A stretch of DNA of 64,000 nt from Nitrososphaera sp. (GCA_013114715.1 QCWB01000001.1:6648-70647); one strand, 5' to 3'; positions 36,601-47,455 are shown, counted from the first letter of the stretch. Notes: generated by a model from the sequence alone, not told the origin. Numbers and translations are program-made.

Positions 36601-38016
36601 ATGTCTGAAATTCCGAACCTCTCTAGGAGATTATACGAGATTGAAACCCACCGGGCAGTTGTCGTCGCCGATAACATATCCATTCTTGATGCTGCCAAGG
36701 ATCTAGAAAAAGTAGGTTCAGAAGCAGTATTTGTTAGGCTGCCTGGACGCTATTCCATTGTTACCAAAAACGACTTTGCGAGGATGACTAGGAAGAACAT
36801 CAGTCCTTCCACATCTATCAGCAACGCGATTGGCGAAAAGATGTTAATTGCGGGCACACTCAACGAGTCGGTGACAGACGCGATTGTCAAGATGCTATCT
36901 AATTCGGTAAAACATCTGCCAATCATCTCTGCTGAAGGTCGTCTGCTTGGTTACATCACTATTAATGATGTCTCAAAAGAACGCGATTTTATCCTTGGCA
37001 ACATGTGCAGCTACAACCTGCTTGAAAGACAGGGTCGGAAGATCGAAGAACCGATGCCTACTGGCACCATACAGCAGGCTGAGAACTGCGAATGTGCCAT
37101 CCTCATTTTCGAAGCTTCGGATGAATTGGGCCGCATCATTGACAAGATCACTGGAGGATACGGGTACTCGCATATCGCGATAGACTGCTGCGAAGTTGAA
37201 AAGGAGACAGGCAAGAGATTGATGATTGAAGCAACATCAAACGGAGTTGAAAGATCGTATCAGGACAGGTACGGTAGCAGAGCGGTGGAAAGAGTTCCGC
37301 TGCTGGGCATTGATTGCAAAAAATTCTGTGATAGCGTCAAGTCAAAGATAGGTCAGCAGTATGACATTACTGAAGCTATTACACTTGGGCTAGTCGATGC
37401 TGATGATAAGCAGATCTGCAGCGGCCTTGCAAAGAACGGTCTCAAAGATGCAGGGTCATCAATCATTGAAGAGATAATCCGAAGAAGAGGTTCGCTTGGT
37501 AAGAACTCGGTGATAGTTCATCCCGATGGAAAGGTCTTCATAAGCCCCAACGGATTTGCAGAATTCTTTGGAGTGCCAAGGCGCGGTGGTCCTTCAGGAA
37601 CAGAGCTTGTTCCAGACTTGTCACGACTGGGAAACATACTGGAGAAATTCCGCTGCAAATCGCAGACTGCCTGCTACAGAATTGAAATACGCGCAGAAAA
37701 CATCCAAATCACGAATATCAAACAAGATGCTCAGATCCCGCTTGGCTGCCTGCTGATCACAGATTCTGCTATAAAGAACGGGGCTGCAGAAAAGATCAAG
37801 GAAAAGGTAAACACCGATTTGGGTCAAGACTGCCCTGTTGGTTGCGGGTGCCTTTCGATGCCCTTTGGTCCGATCACGCTAGCCCATTACAGAGAACACA
37901 AAAAACTGATGTTTGAGCATATCACGGGGTTGTACAATCTCTGCGAAGTAGAGTTTGACATAGACTTCGACATAGTCGCTAAAGGTTTCTTGGGTATTTG
38001 CATAAGAAGTGATTGA
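36601..38016 (+). CDS. CBS-domain + permuted papain-like (NlpC/P60, YiiX/YebB-type) fusion protein
   Basis: CBS: VKHLPII..GRLLGYIT..D; amidase: YSHIAI..IEAT..GV..GQQYD..ICSGL..SP; Cys-rich C-terminus. Confidence 0.75.
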   Translation: MSEIPNLSRRLYEIETHRAVVVADNISILDAAKDLEKVGSEAVFVRLPGRYSIVTKNDFARMTRKNISPSTSISNAIGEKMLIAGTLNESVTDAIVKMLSNSVKHLPIISAEGRLLGYITINDVSKERDFILGNMCSYNLLERQGRKIEEPMPTGTIQQAENCECAILIFEASDELGRIIDKITGGYGYSHIAIDCCEVEKETGKRLMIEATSNGVERSYQDRYGSRAVERVPLLGIDCKKFCDSVKSKIGQQYDITEAITLGLVDADDKQICSGLAKNGLKDAGSSIIEEIIRRRGSLGKNSVIVHPDGKVFISPNGFAEFFGVPRRGGPSGTELVPDLSRLGNILEKFRCKSQTACYRIEIRAENIQITNIKQDAQIPLGCLLITDSAIKNGAAEKIKEKVNTDLGQDCPVGCGCLSMPFGPITLAHYREHKKLMFEHITGLYNLCEVEFDIDFDIVAKGFLGICIRSD

Positions 38017-38468
38017 TTGGACTGCCCTGATCCGCCAATAACGCCGTCGAGTTAATCCGGCAAGGAGACACAAGTCTCCAACAGTATCGACTTCGCCTAG
38101 CCCTCCTTGCCTTCCTGCCATGGCGGGAGTGGCTCCCAGTCTTTTTCAGTGTACGCCGGCAGGCTGTACAGGTTGTTCTTCTTTATGTGGTCGGTCTGAA
38201 GGTACAGGAAGTAACTTGTCGCGAACTGCACGAACGTACACTTTTCTGGTGCCCTTTTGCTAAACGTAGAATCGCGCCTGCTCCTCCCCCATATATCAAA
38301 TACATAACCCGGTAACCGCCATTATGGGTCAAGCAGTAGCATTGTGTCTTGACACAACGTCAGACAACAATCTATTTTTCAGGAATTTAAAGTATAAAAA
38401 GTTCATCGTCCGATTTCGCTTCTTTCTAACATAAGCAAACCATCCTTGAAATTGTAATGTTATGATTT

Positions 38469-39056
38469 CTAGGTCTCGTATTCAGCTTCACGTTTTTCGT
38501 TGTCTTCCCACAGCCTCATCCGGTCAATCTTGTCGCGACGCCTGATTTCTTGCAGCATCTCGTAGGCTTTTTTGTGCGTGCTTCCCTTGCAGAGAAGGTC
38601 TATTGCGTCAGTGGCCATGCTCACCTGGTGGTAATTGCCTATCAGCCCGACTGTGTGGCCGTAGACAGATATCATGGCCCCGCTCAGCTCCTCGATTGTT
38701 CTTCGCGACTTGCCGCCTTCTCCGATTATCCGGCCCTTTATGCGCTCCATGGTGCTCTGAGACCGTCCGGCGTAGCTGCGCAGGTCTATCTGTTGGAACA
38801 TCTGCTCTTCTTCCATCAGAGTCATTGCTCGCTGCGGAGAAAATCCCCTGGAAATAGCCGTTATTATCTCAACTGCCTTGAAGCCCTCCATCTGCTCGAT
38901 GGGCCTGTTTCCTTCTACCAAAGCGTCGCCGGTGTCGCTGTCTATCTCTATTGCGACGCCACATCTTTTTTCTATCTCTACTTTTATCTTGCCGCCTTTT
39001 CCTATCAGCGCGCCGATCCTTTCCTTTGGTATTTTTAGAGTATGCTGGAAGCTCAT
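38469..39056 (-). CDS. KH-domain ribosome biogenesis protein (Dim2/Pno1)
   Basis: RIGALIGKGG, RGFSP, KGRIIGEGGK, ISVYGHTV. Confidence 0.93.
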   Translation of the reverse strand: MSFQHTLKIPKERIGALIGKGGKIKVEIEKRCGVAIEIDSDTGDALVEGNRPIEQMEGFKAVEIITAISRGFSPQRAMTLMEEEQMFQQIDLRSYAGRSQSTMERIKGRIIGEGGKSRRTIEELSGAMISVYGHTVGLIGNYHQVSMATDAIDLLCKGSTHKKAYEMLQEIRRRDKIDRMRLWEDNEKREAEYET

Positions 39057-39865
39057 GCCGATCCCTTTGTTTTTTCTATCAACCTAGCTGTATCAAGGAC
39101 ATCCAATCCACGCTTTATGAAGAACCTGTTTAGGTTTTGTATGTCCCGGATTAAAAATTGTTCTGAATTTGGGTGGCTTATCTCTACCGCAGAGCCAAAA
39201 TCAAGCAGCATTATTTTGCCTTCAGTGTCCTTAAAGACGTTGTATTCGGACAAATCGGCGTGCACAAGCCGCGCTTTTTGGTACAATATGCCCATCTGCT
39301 TGACTATTTCGTCATAGTCTGCCGAAGTGACCTGGCTTTCGGCAAGCGGGATAGCAAGCTGGCCAGAAGTGTCGCCGATAAACTGCATCACGAGGACGTT
39401 TTTCTCAACCGCGATCGGGGCCGGAACCCGGACGCCGGCCTCGTGGGCCGTCTGGAGATTCTTGAACTCTTTTTTTGCCCAGACAGCAACCAAGTTGCGA
39501 GTACCTTTTTTTATTTTTGAAAAACGCGGGTCGCCGGCTATGTACTGCATGCGTTTTTTGAATTCGGAGCTGACTGTAAGGTAGATCTTTACTGCGATAA
39601 GCGAGCCGTCTGGGGTCTCTGCGACGTATACCTTGGCCTCCTTGCCCGAGGCAAAGTGGCTTTTTATCGACTTTATGATGCCGTCATTTATCATCTTTGT
39701 AATGACCATCAAAGTCGGCATGTCAAAGACCTCATCAACTACTTGGTAGTCTTCCGACCGCTTGACCAAAAGGCGGTTTTCCCGTTCCTTTTTGCTGTAG
39801 CGCTTGTCAGCCTGGATAATTACTTTGTCGCGCTCTTCATAGTCTCTGTCCGCCATAAGAATCAC
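39053..39865 (-). CDS. rio1: RIO1 serine kinase
   Basis: SGKEA.VY, AVKIY, WAKKEFKNL, LVHADLSEYN, LDFG. Confidence 0.95.
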   Translation of the reverse strand: MILMADRDYEERDKVIIQADKRYSKKERENRLLVKRSEDYQVVDEVFDMPTLMVITKMINDGIIKSIKSHFASGKEAKVYVAETPDGSLIAVKIYLTVSSEFKKRMQYIAGDPRFSKIKKGTRNLVAVWAKKEFKNLQTAHEAGVRVPAPIAVEKNVLVMQFIGDTSGQLAIPLAESQVTSADYDEIVKQMGILYQKARLVHADLSEYNVFKDTEGKIMLLDFGSAVEISHPNSEQFLIRDIQNLNRFFIKRGLDVLDTARLIEKTKGSA

Positions 39866-40161
39866 TGCTGGAACTTGAAGATCATCAGAAACGGCACGCC
39901 GTCTATCTTTTTGACGCTTACTTCCTTGGCCATCTTCATGTCGATTGCCTGCCGGACTATTCTGGTTCCAACCAGGTTGGCAATGGTGCAGTTCTTCAAT
40001 AACTCGCCGGCCTGGTTGTTTTCTATCACCTGCTGCTGAAAGTACTCCTTGGTCAGGTGGATTGTCAGGCTATCCTTTTCAAGTTTCAGGCCTACAAGCT
40101 CAAGGTCGCAGATATCTATCATTAGCGAGCCCTGGTACTCTGTAGTTCTGGCGGCGTACAA
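39862..40161 (-). CDS. DUF424 family protein
   Basis: ICDLELVG, IANLVG, IDGVP. Confidence 0.85.
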   Translation of the reverse strand: MYAARTTEYQGSLMIDICDLELVGLKLEKDSLTIHLTKEYFQQQVIENNQAGELLKNCTIANLVGTRIVRQAIDMKMAKEVSVKKIDGVPFLMIFKFQQ

Positions 40162-40194
40162 CGACCAGAATTAGCTGGCCAGTATAATGAGTCT

Positions 40195-41028
40195 TTAGCC
40201 GTAGGTCTCTATCTTGATGTCAAACGAGCCGTCCTTTCTCTTGTTCCTGTTGGTCACAAATCCAAGAGGCTGCAGGACTGACACAACGCTGTCTATTGTT
40301 CCCTGGTAGCCGCAGACATGGAAAAAGGAATTCCGGGTTCCAAGTTTGTCGTTTAGTATTTTTTCCAGCGCAGAGGGGCTGCCGTCTATGCTTTGCAGTA
40401 GGCTTTCGACCCTGCCGGTATGTCCCTGCCAGCCAAGCGATTGAAGATCGTCAGGCCTGCTGACCGTCGGCAGGTATGCAAGGTTACAATTGTCTCTTGC
40501 CATGCTTTCAAACAGCTCGCGGTAGCCAAGCTCCTTGGCGTTTCTTGCGCCGTGAAGTATGGCTATCTTTCTTTTTGAGCCTATAGCTTTCAGATGCAGG
40601 GCATAGCTGACAAAGGGAGCAAGTCCTGTCCCGGAAGCAACCAGAACAAGGTTTCGGTCGTCAGCGGTTCCGTCAGCTTTCTTGTCTTCCATTGTAAATA
40701 CGCCGGCAGGCTTGCGCCAGTAGATAGAATCGCCGATTTTCAAGTGGAACAGCGCGGTTGTGAATTTGCCTATCACCGGCTCGGTGGCCCATTTAATGTA
40801 AAGCTCAAACCATCGCCGCTCTTCTGGCGGAGACGAAATAGAATACGCGCGGTAGGTCATCTTGCCGTCTATATTTAGTCCCAGGGTAACAAACTGGCCG
40901 GCCTTGAATTCCGGGACAAAGCTCTCATCTGTAGGCTGGACCCGCAAAATAGCTAGGTCTGGCGTCAAGTCTTCTCTGTAGATTAATTTTCCGACACTGG
41001 GTGCAGCTTGACCTTTTTCCGCGCTCAT
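40195..41028 (-). CDS. Ferredoxin-NADP+ reductase (FPR type)
   Basis: FKAGQFVTLG, RAYSISS, ASGTGLAPF, CG, ETY. Confidence 0.9.
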   Translation of the reverse strand: MSAEKGQAAPSVGKLIYREDLTPDLAILRVQPTDESFVPEFKAGQFVTLGLNIDGKMTYRAYSISSPPEERRWFELYIKWATEPVIGKFTTALFHLKIGDSIYWRKPAGVFTMEDKKADGTADDRNLVLVASGTGLAPFVSYALHLKAIGSKRKIAILHGARNAKELGYRELFESMARDNCNLAYLPTVSRPDDLQSLGWQGHTGRVESLLQSIDGSPSALEKILNDKLGTRNSFFHVCGYQGTIDSVVSVLQPLGFVTNRNKRKDGSFDIKIETYG

Positions 41029-41098
41029 TTTTGGGTACTGGCAAACCTGCGATATATTTTGATATCCTTTTATTGGAGGCATTCAAAATTAGGGCGAT

Positions 41099-41584
41099 TT
41101 GGCCAGCAAGAAAGGCATTGCGATCACCGCAGCTATCGCCGCCGGAATAATAGGCGCTAGCTTTCTTATTTGGCTTATTCCCCAGGAAGACGGAGTCAAC
41201 GTCCGGCAGATTACCCCGCCGCAGCACCAGGCCATTTTCCAGGAGGTGTACTCGCAGCATACCGGCCTTGCTCTGGACATCGAGTCGAAATACGATCTTT
41301 GGAAGAGGGGCTCTGTATCGTCTGATACGATGTCTTCTGCCATAAGCGACGCCAAGACAAACATTGGCAACCTGAGAAAGAGCCTTGTTGATGCAAAGCC
41401 GCCGGAGGACTGGCAGCAAAGCTACAACTCGTACATAGCTGCCCTTGACACGTTTGGCCAGTACCTTGACGGAATCAAGAGCAAGGTCCAGGCAGAAGAC
41501 AAGTCCGACGACTCGGCAATTGACGGCCTGAAGCAGAAATGGGAAGCAGACATCGACAGTGCGATAAAGTCCGTCCCGGTCTAG
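41099..41584 (+). CDS. Membrane-anchored hypothetical protein
   Basis: N-terminal TM helix, helical soluble domain. Confidence 0.7.
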   Translation: MASKKGIAITAAIAAGIIGASFLIWLIPQEDGVNVRQITPPQHQAIFQEVYSQHTGLALDIESKYDLWKRGSVSSDTMSSAISDAKTNIGNLRKSLVDAKPPEDWQQSYNSYIAALDTFGQYLDGIKSKVQAEDKSDDSAIDGLKQKWEADIDSAIKSVPV

Positions 41585-42714
41585 AAAACCTGCAGTATCT
41601 GGTCTATTCTTGCGTCTGTCTTGAATGCTCCTGGATTAAACGGCGTTCTGGATGCCTTGAAGCCGGAGGATTGCAGCTTTTCAATAACCTTGCTGACCGA
41701 CTGCGGATGGGTCTTCAGCCTAGACGAGATCTCGTCTGCCCGGAAATAGTACGGTACGTCTATTTCCTCGAGCGCCGCGTCCAACAGTTTCTTGTTCTGC
41801 TTTTCTGCGCCGGCGGACATTTTTTTTACAAAATCCGGATCATGGAGCGGCGACGTCCACAGCTGGCCGCCAACCTTCATCTTGGTTTGGCATAATTCGC
41901 ATTTCTTGTTGCCGTCAAACTCCCTGGTACTGGTCCTGTTTCCGCACTGGAAACAGTGCATGGTGTATCCGATGTTGTCATAGACGTTGTTTGCCTCGCT
42001 GCTGCTGACTGACACAGCAGCGTAAACTCGGAGATACTGCATTGCTGCATGCGCGAATATCGGCTTTATTGCCAGCTCTAGCCGAGATGCCGTCAGAGCT
42101 ATAAGCGACGTGAGCAGGCGGAGCGCGGTTTCGTTGCCGTAATCGTTGTTAAGCGGCCGGCCGTAATATCGCCTCAGGCAGACTTCTGGATAGACGCCGC
42201 ATAAAACAGCGGTATCTGTCGCAGTTATGGAGATAAGACCATCGTCGAGGACCGAGCGAAGGACGCAATCTATGTGTCTTGCCGGCGTGCCAAACGGGTC
42301 CAGATCGACAATCCCAAACCGCTCTCCTATTTCGTTGCCTTTCTGCAGGAACTTGCAGACCTCGTCTACAGAGAAGCGGCACTTGTCTGAAACAGAGTTC
42401 AGTGCCGCAGCAGACTTGGCAGTCTCTATAGCCGTCGGGTTGACGTCGTTTCCGTAGACCTGCTGGATTTCAGGCACCTCAACAGCTACACGCAGGGCCC
42501 TTGCACCAATCCCGGTAAAGCCGTCAGCAAAGGTTTTTTCGGCAAGCCTCGGAAGAAAGGCGCGGTAAGCAAGAATCGACAGATCCCTGTTCAGCTTTGC
42601 TGAAGGGTTAAAGAATGCAGGTGTCTTTGGCGGGACCTTGGCGGTAAGCGAAAGGCTTGGCACAAGAAGTTTGGTCTGCCCTTCTGTTATCTCTACAAAC
42701 TCACTGGCCTGCAT
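41581..42714 (-). CDS. trm1: tRNA (guanine26-N2)-dimethyltransferase
   Basis: FFNP...LNRD, DLDPFG, TATD...LCG, Zn ribbon CFQC..CELC. Confidence 0.95.
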   Translation of the reverse strand: MQASEFVEITEGQTKLLVPSLSLTAKVPPKTPAFFNPSAKLNRDLSILAYRAFLPRLAEKTFADGFTGIGARALRVAVEVPEIQQVYGNDVNPTAIETAKSAAALNSVSDKCRFSVDEVCKFLQKGNEIGERFGIVDLDPFGTPARHIDCVLRSVLDDGLISITATDTAVLCGVYPEVCLRRYYGRPLNNDYGNETALRLLTSLIALTASRLELAIKPIFAHAAMQYLRVYAAVSVSSSEANNVYDNIGYTMHCFQCGNRTSTREFDGNKKCELCQTKMKVGGQLWTSPLHDPDFVKKMSAGAEKQNKKLLDAALEEIDVPYYFRADEISSRLKTHPQSVSKVIEKLQSSGFKASRTPFNPGAFKTDARIDQILQVF

Positions 42715-42790
42715 AGCAGTGGCTGGTTATCATGCGATATTTATTGTCAAGCGCAACCGATAATTAGATGCAAGATGGATCCCAGACAGC

Positions 42791-43444
42791 TTGGGATTGA
42801 TTATTGGCGGCGTGGACGAAGCGGGACGTGGCTCTATAATCGGCCCGCTGGTTGTTGCAGGAGTCAGCCTTCAGGAAAGCAAGATTTCCAGGCTCAAAGA
42901 AATAGGCGTAAAGGATTCCAAGCTGCTGACCGCCAAGACCAGGACAAAAATGTACGACGAGATAATCAGTATTGTAGACCAGTACCAGATCCAAGTCATC
43001 GATGCTGGCGAGGTTGACGACAGCGTTTTTCAGAAAGGCCTAAACAAACTTGAGGCAAAGGCGATGGCCAGAATAATCGACCAGTTGCATGCTGTCGAGG
43101 TATACGTTGACTGCTGCGACATCAATCCAGACAGGTACAGACAGAGCATATTGTCGCACCTTGACAGGAAGCTGACTGTGCATTCCCTGCATCATGCAGA
43201 CAGGATAAACACAGCCGTGTCAGCCGCATCGATACTGGCCAAAGTAACGCGAGACAGCAACGTCCAGAAAATCAGGATGCGCCACCGGGGCATCGGAAGC
43301 GGCTATCCTTCTGACGAGCAGACCATGCAGTTTTTGCGGCAGTTCGTGGCAAAAAGAAAATGTGCACCGGCTTTTGCAAGGAAATCCTGGAAGCCGATGC
43401 AGGCCATGCTTGCAGGGCTTGAGCAGAAAAAGCTGCTTACTTGA
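42791..43444 (+). CDS. rnhB: Ribonuclease HII
   Basis: [36 protein letters not shown]. Confidence 0.96.
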   Translation: MGLIIGGVDEAGRGSIIGPLVVAGVSLQESKISRLKEIGVKDSKLLTAKTRTKMYDEIISIVDQYQIQVIDAGEVDDSVFQKGLNKLEAKAMARIIDQLHAVEVYVDCCDINPDRYRQSILSHLDRKLTVHSLHHADRINTAVSAASILAKVTRDSNVQKIRMRHRGIGSGYPSDEQTMQFLRQFVAKRKCAPAFARKSWKPMQAMLAGLEQKKLLT

Positions 43445-44105
43445 GGATGCAAAGGATCATTGCATGGTCCTTGTCAAACGGCTCCAGATTGATTATCTGG
43501 TCTATCAGAAATCCATGCTTTTCAAGCTTTTTTGCTTCCTGTATTACCACGGACTTGGGATCCATGGTCACGTCAATGCTCCGAGTCTTGATTACCAAGA
43601 GCATGACTCCCTTAGGCTTGAGGTATGCCGTGCAGTTTGAAATAGCTATGTCTGTCTGGTCCGGCTGGGCTATATCGCAGTATACCACGTCGACTTTGCC
43701 AAAGACTGAAAAATAGGACTGCGGCCTTCTTGCGTCTTCTATTATCGGCATCACGTTTTTGCGCTTTGCAGCAACGTTTTCTATCAATTCACGTGCAACT
43801 CTGGTTGCCGGCTCTACTGCAAAAACAATGCCCGTGTTTCCTACAATGTCAGAAACATGGCTGACTGTGGTGCCTGTAGAAGCTCCCAGGTACAGGACTT
43901 TGCTTCCATGCTTTATGGGTTGATTCTTTAAGCCTTTTTTCAGAGCCCCGGCAAGCTTGCTTCGGTACGGGTCCCAGAGGCGGTATTCCTCGCCGCTCTG
44001 CTTGACCAGTTTTTCGCCGTAGACGTTGTCTCCAGGCACGAGGTTTAGAGTAGCCAGGTGTTTTTCGCCGTGGACGTAAATCCACTTAATATCTTCGCTT
44101 TCCAA
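43437..44105 (-). CDS. flpA: Fibrillarin-like 2'-O-methyltransferase
   Basis: [40 protein letters not shown]; TTG 44105 preferred. Confidence 0.95.
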   Translation of the reverse strand: MESEDIKWIYVHGEKHLATLNLVPGDNVYGEKLVKQSGEEYRLWDPYRSKLAGALKKGLKNQPIKHGSKVLYLGASTGTTVSHVSDIVGNTGIVFAVEPATRVARELIENVAAKRKNVMPIIEDARRPQSYFSVFGKVDVVYCDIAQPDQTDIAISNCTAYLKPKGVMLLVIKTRSIDVTMDPKSVVIQEAKKLEKHGFLIDQIINLEPFDKDHAMILCILK

Positions 44106-45345
44106 ACCGTTTCTTGTCCTTGCTCTTGCCCCTTCCCCGGTCTCTGCCGCGGTCTTCACGTCTTGCGTGATCTCTGAACTTCCGGTCTCTTTCCTTTTCT
44201 GGGGCCGGCTCCTTGTATTTTTCACGGATCTCAGTTATGCGCGTGTTAAGTTTGTCAGAGATTGCCGCGTCCTTGCCGGCGTGCCTGTAATAGTCTATCC
44301 TGGCAGCTATTGCCACCTTTGAGGCGACTGCCCGCGCTATCTTGCCGCGCTGCCATTTCGGGGCGGAATGAACAAGCGGATGCTGGAACAGTATTCCATG
44401 CTTTGGCGGCCTGGCCCCTGTCTTTAGCGCCCGGAACAGCGCCTTTTCAGCCCCCAGAACTTGTATCGTGCTTGCAGGTATGGACGCCATCCTCGTGAGG
44501 CTGCCTGCCTTGGCAATCAGCCTTGCTCCTACTGCCGCGGTCAAAAGCTCCTTGACGTTTGGAGCAACAATTTCCATCGCGGCTTCGATGTGGTCAGACA
44601 GGATGCGGCGCAAGTCAGACTGCAAGATGACCTGCTCTGCCAGTTTCTGAACGATGGCAAGGTTTTCTGGCGTCATATCGCCGCCCCGGCTTCTTTTTGC
44701 CGCATCAAGTATTATCTCGAGTTTTCTGTCCTGCATGCCTGCTGCCTCGAGAATCTCCTTTGTGATGTTGGAGCGCGCGCCGGCCCGGCTGATTATCTCG
44801 GCCTGGGCGACCTGGCTTCCAAGCAGGTTGTCAAGCTCCGGAAAGTGCAGGCCGTACCATTCGCGCATCCTTGTGCCTATAGTGTTTATTATCTTGTCAA
44901 GTTCGTCTAGGGCGTTTATCGACTGGACTATATGCAGGTCCAGTTTTTCCGAGGTCTCCTTGACCCGGGATGAAGATAGATCTATTGCAAAATTCCGAAG
45001 CGCCTGCATTGCATCTGTGGGGCTGGCTGCAAAGCCGGCCTTTACCAGGTAGTCTGGCTTGTTGCTCTGGATTTCCTGCTGCTGCGCTTCGTTCATTAGA
45101 GAAGTATTAAGCCCGGCCTGCCGAAGGGCAGTGACTACGCTTGCGTCGTTAACTGAAGCGAAAGGAAATGAGCGTAACTTCTCGATAAAAGATTTTACCT
45201 CGTCTGGTATGGCACCGCTCTTGAGAAGCCTGTATGAACGCAGGGAATTTGCAAACTTTTGGCTTGCCACCAAGTTTCCGGCCAAGTCAAATGCCGCGAC
45301 TCCAAGCTCCATCAGGACGACGGTGCAGCTGTTATTGCTTGACAT
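44086..45345 (-). CDS. nop5: Box C/D RNP protein Nop5 (Nop56/58)
   Basis: [39 protein letters not shown]. Confidence 0.95.
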   Translation of the reverse strand: MSSNNSCTVVLMELGVAAFDLAGNLVASQKFANSLRSYRLLKSGAIPDEVKSFIEKLRSFPFASVNDASVVTALRQAGLNTSLMNEAQQQEIQSNKPDYLVKAGFAASPTDAMQALRNFAIDLSSSRVKETSEKLDLHIVQSINALDELDKIINTIGTRMREWYGLHFPELDNLLGSQVAQAEIISRAGARSNITKEILEAAGMQDRKLEIILDAAKRSRGGDMTPENLAIVQKLAEQVILQSDLRRILSDHIEAAMEIVAPNVKELLTAAVGARLIAKAGSLTRMASIPASTIQVLGAEKALFRALKTGARPPKHGILFQHPLVHSAPKWQRGKIARAVASKVAIAARIDYYRHAGKDAAISDKLNTRITEIREKYKEPAPEKERDRKFRDHARREDRGRDRGRGKSKDKKRFGKRRY

Positions 45346-45429
45346 GCAGAAACTTGCAGCATAAAGCCATTAAAAAAGTTAGGGTTCTAGCTTGGAAACA
45401 AATGAATACGCAGTGTCCGCAGGTTACCT

Positions 45430-45723
45430 GTGAGCCTGACAGCTGCCGATAGAAAAGAGTTTGAATCGCTTATCAAAGAGGCAGCACGCAGTCCCAGAAT
45501 GCCAATAGAGCTTGCGCGAAAGATGATCCCGCAGCAAGGCAATATCGAGGAGTTTGCCTATGGCCTGATTTCTGGCATGGTGATAGGAAATTTCATGTCA
45601 TCGTTTGAGAAAAGAAACGGCCGGCAGCCAGACAGAGACGAGGTTGCAGACATACTTTCGATATCCATGATAAAGATGCCGCTTTTGCGCAAGGCCATAA
45701 TGAAGGAACTTGATTTTAGATAA
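45430..45723 (+). CDS. Hypothetical protein
   Basis: 97-aa ORF, coding-like. Confidence 0.65.
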   Translation: MSLTAADRKEFESLIKEAARSPRMPIELARKMIPQQGNIEEFAYGLISGMVIGNFMSSFEKRNGRQPDRDEVADILSISMIKMPLLRKAIMKELDFR

Positions 45724-45756
45724 CGTTTATCTAACGAACAGCAGTCAAAATTCCCG

Positions 45757-46308
45757 TTGGAACAGAAAACCGGCCTGTCTTCTTCAACGCGCGACGTCAT
45801 CATTGTAGTGGCAGGTGTCGCAGTTGTTCTTCTCGGAATGTATCTTGCGCTTGGCACGGTAAACCCGTTCTACGTAGTGTCAAGCGGCAGCATGATTCCT
45901 ACCCTCCAGATAAACGATGTCTTGGTAGTCAACGGCAGGGTGCCTTTTTCTGACCTAAATGTGGGAGACATCATTGTGTTTAACAGGCCAGACGGCGAAG
46001 ACAGGGTTATTGTGCACAGAATCATCGATATCGACGAGAACCGTGACGGCGTTCGAACTGTCAAGACCAAGGGCGACAACAATGCCTCGTCGATTCCCGG
46101 CACGGACTACCCCATCAGAGAAAATAATTACATTGGCAAAGTTTCATCCGTGATTCCGGGGGTTGGATTTGTCGCCAAGGTCATCAGCCCGCCGGTCAAC
46201 TATATCATTATTGGAATAATACTTGTTATCCTGTTCTTTACAAAATTTGGAAGAAAAGGTACCACCAAGAGCGGGCCGGCACCACCTGAGACCCCTGCCG
46301 GGCCATGA
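45757..46308 (+). CDS. Signal peptidase I (Sec11 type)
   Basis: [27 protein letters not shown]. Confidence 0.93.
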   Translation: MEQKTGLSSSTRDVIIVVAGVAVVLLGMYLALGTVNPFYVVSSGSMIPTLQINDVLVVNGRVPFSDLNVGDIIVFNRPDGEDRVIVHRIIDIDENRDGVRTVKTKGDNNASSIPGTDYPIRENNYIGKVSSVIPGVGFVAKVISPPVNYIIIGIILVILFFTKFGRKGTTKSGPAPPETPAGP

Positions 46309-46721
46309 AATCCAAAACTGCGTATCTTGTCTTTAACACGCCGACGCGTGTTGCTTTCGTCAATATCACGCCGCAGGTAAGAAAGACGGTACAAGAAAGC
46401 GGCGTCAGGGAAGGAATCTGCCTTGTCAACTCGATGCACATATCCTCAAGCGTGTTCATAAACGACAACGAAGAAGGTCTTCATCACGACTTTGAGAATT
46501 GGCTTGAAAAGATGGTCCCCTATTCCCCGGAATCCTACATGCATAACAGGACCGGCGAGGACAACGCGGATTCGCATATAAAACGGCAGATAATGGGCCG
46601 AGAGGTAGTCGTGGCCATAACCGAGGGCAAGCTGGATTTTGGGCCCTGGGAGCAGATCTTTTATGGCGAGTTTGACGGCATGCGCCCAAAGCACGTGCTT
46701 GTAAAGGTCATCGGCGATTGA
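46305..46721 (+). CDS. yjbQ: YjbQ/UPF0047 family protein
   Basis: [35 protein letters not shown]. Confidence 0.93.
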   Translation: MKSKTAYLVFNTPTRVAFVNITPQVRKTVQESGVREGICLVNSMHISSSVFINDNEEGLHHDFENWLEKMVPYSPESYMHNRTGEDNADSHIKRQIMGREVVVAITEGKLDFGPWEQIFYGEFDGMRPKHVLVKVIGD

Positions 46722-46842
46722 ATCTCAATACAAGCTAAGGATAGCTCGAAACTTTCGGATTGTAGAGTATTTAGATTTCACGTAAATACTACCATTAATT
46801 TTAATGGAAAAAACAGGTCAATAATTCTATGTTTTAAGCAGG

Positions 46843-46873
46843 TATATATACTGCCTGCCTTTATAAAGGCAGG
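46843..46873 (+). promoter_or_regulatory. tbp promoter: TATA box plus 20-bp palindrome centred on a second TATA
   Basis: TATATATA 46843-46850; CCTGCCTTTATAAAGGCAGG 46854-46873. Confidence 0.6.
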
Positions 46874-46874
46874 T

Positions 46875-47438
46875 ATGCCGCAGACCAAGCCCATAGTCAG
46901 CATAGAGAACGTTGTGGCCTCTGCCACCGTGAATCAGACCGTCAATCTTAACCAGATTACCCAGATATTTCCGGATGTAGAGTACCATCCTGACCAGTTC
47001 CCGGGCCTCGTTTTCAGGCTCCGATCACCAAAGACAGCGACTCTGATTTTCAGTTCCGGCAAAATGGTCTGCACCGGTGCCAAGTCCGAAAAGATGGCAA
47101 TCCAGGCCGTCAAGAACGTGACACTAAAGCTGAAAAAAGGAGGTATACCCCTTGAGCACGAGCCGCAGATAGAGATCCAGAACATTGTCGCGTCTGCCAG
47201 CCTTGGAGGCAAGATCCACCTGGAGCTTGCAGCACGTGTTCTTCCAAGAAGCATGTACGAGCCAGAGCAGTTCCCAGGCTTAATACACAGGATGCTTGAC
47301 CCAAAGACAGTCATCCTGTTGTTTGCATCAGGCAAGCTGGTGTGCACTGGCGCAAAGAAGGAAAGCGAGGTCTACCGCGCAGTCGGCAACCTGCACACGC
47401 TGCTTGAAGAGAAGAACCTGATGATCTACGAAGGCTAG
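46875..47438 (+). CDS. tbp: TATA-box binding protein
   Basis: Two repeats of NVVASA..EY.P.QFPGL..R..LIFSSGK.VCTGAK. Confidence 0.98.
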   Translation: MPQTKPIVSIENVVASATVNQTVNLNQITQIFPDVEYHPDQFPGLVFRLRSPKTATLIFSSGKMVCTGAKSEKMAIQAVKNVTLKLKKGGIPLEHEPQIEIQNIVASASLGGKIHLELAARVLPRSMYEPEQFPGLIHRMLDPKTVILLFASGKLVCTGAKKESEVYRAVGNLHTLLEEKNLMIYEG

Positions 47439-47455
47439 GCAATAGTTAATTACCG

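Noticed and set aside
34755-38468. tRNA or att direct repeats flanking the recombinase module
   Set aside because: None found by eye; short repeats could have been missed
44106-44225. Long fibrillarin N-terminal extension overlapping nop5
   Set aside because: Over-extended ORF call; TTG at 44105 gives a normal-length protein
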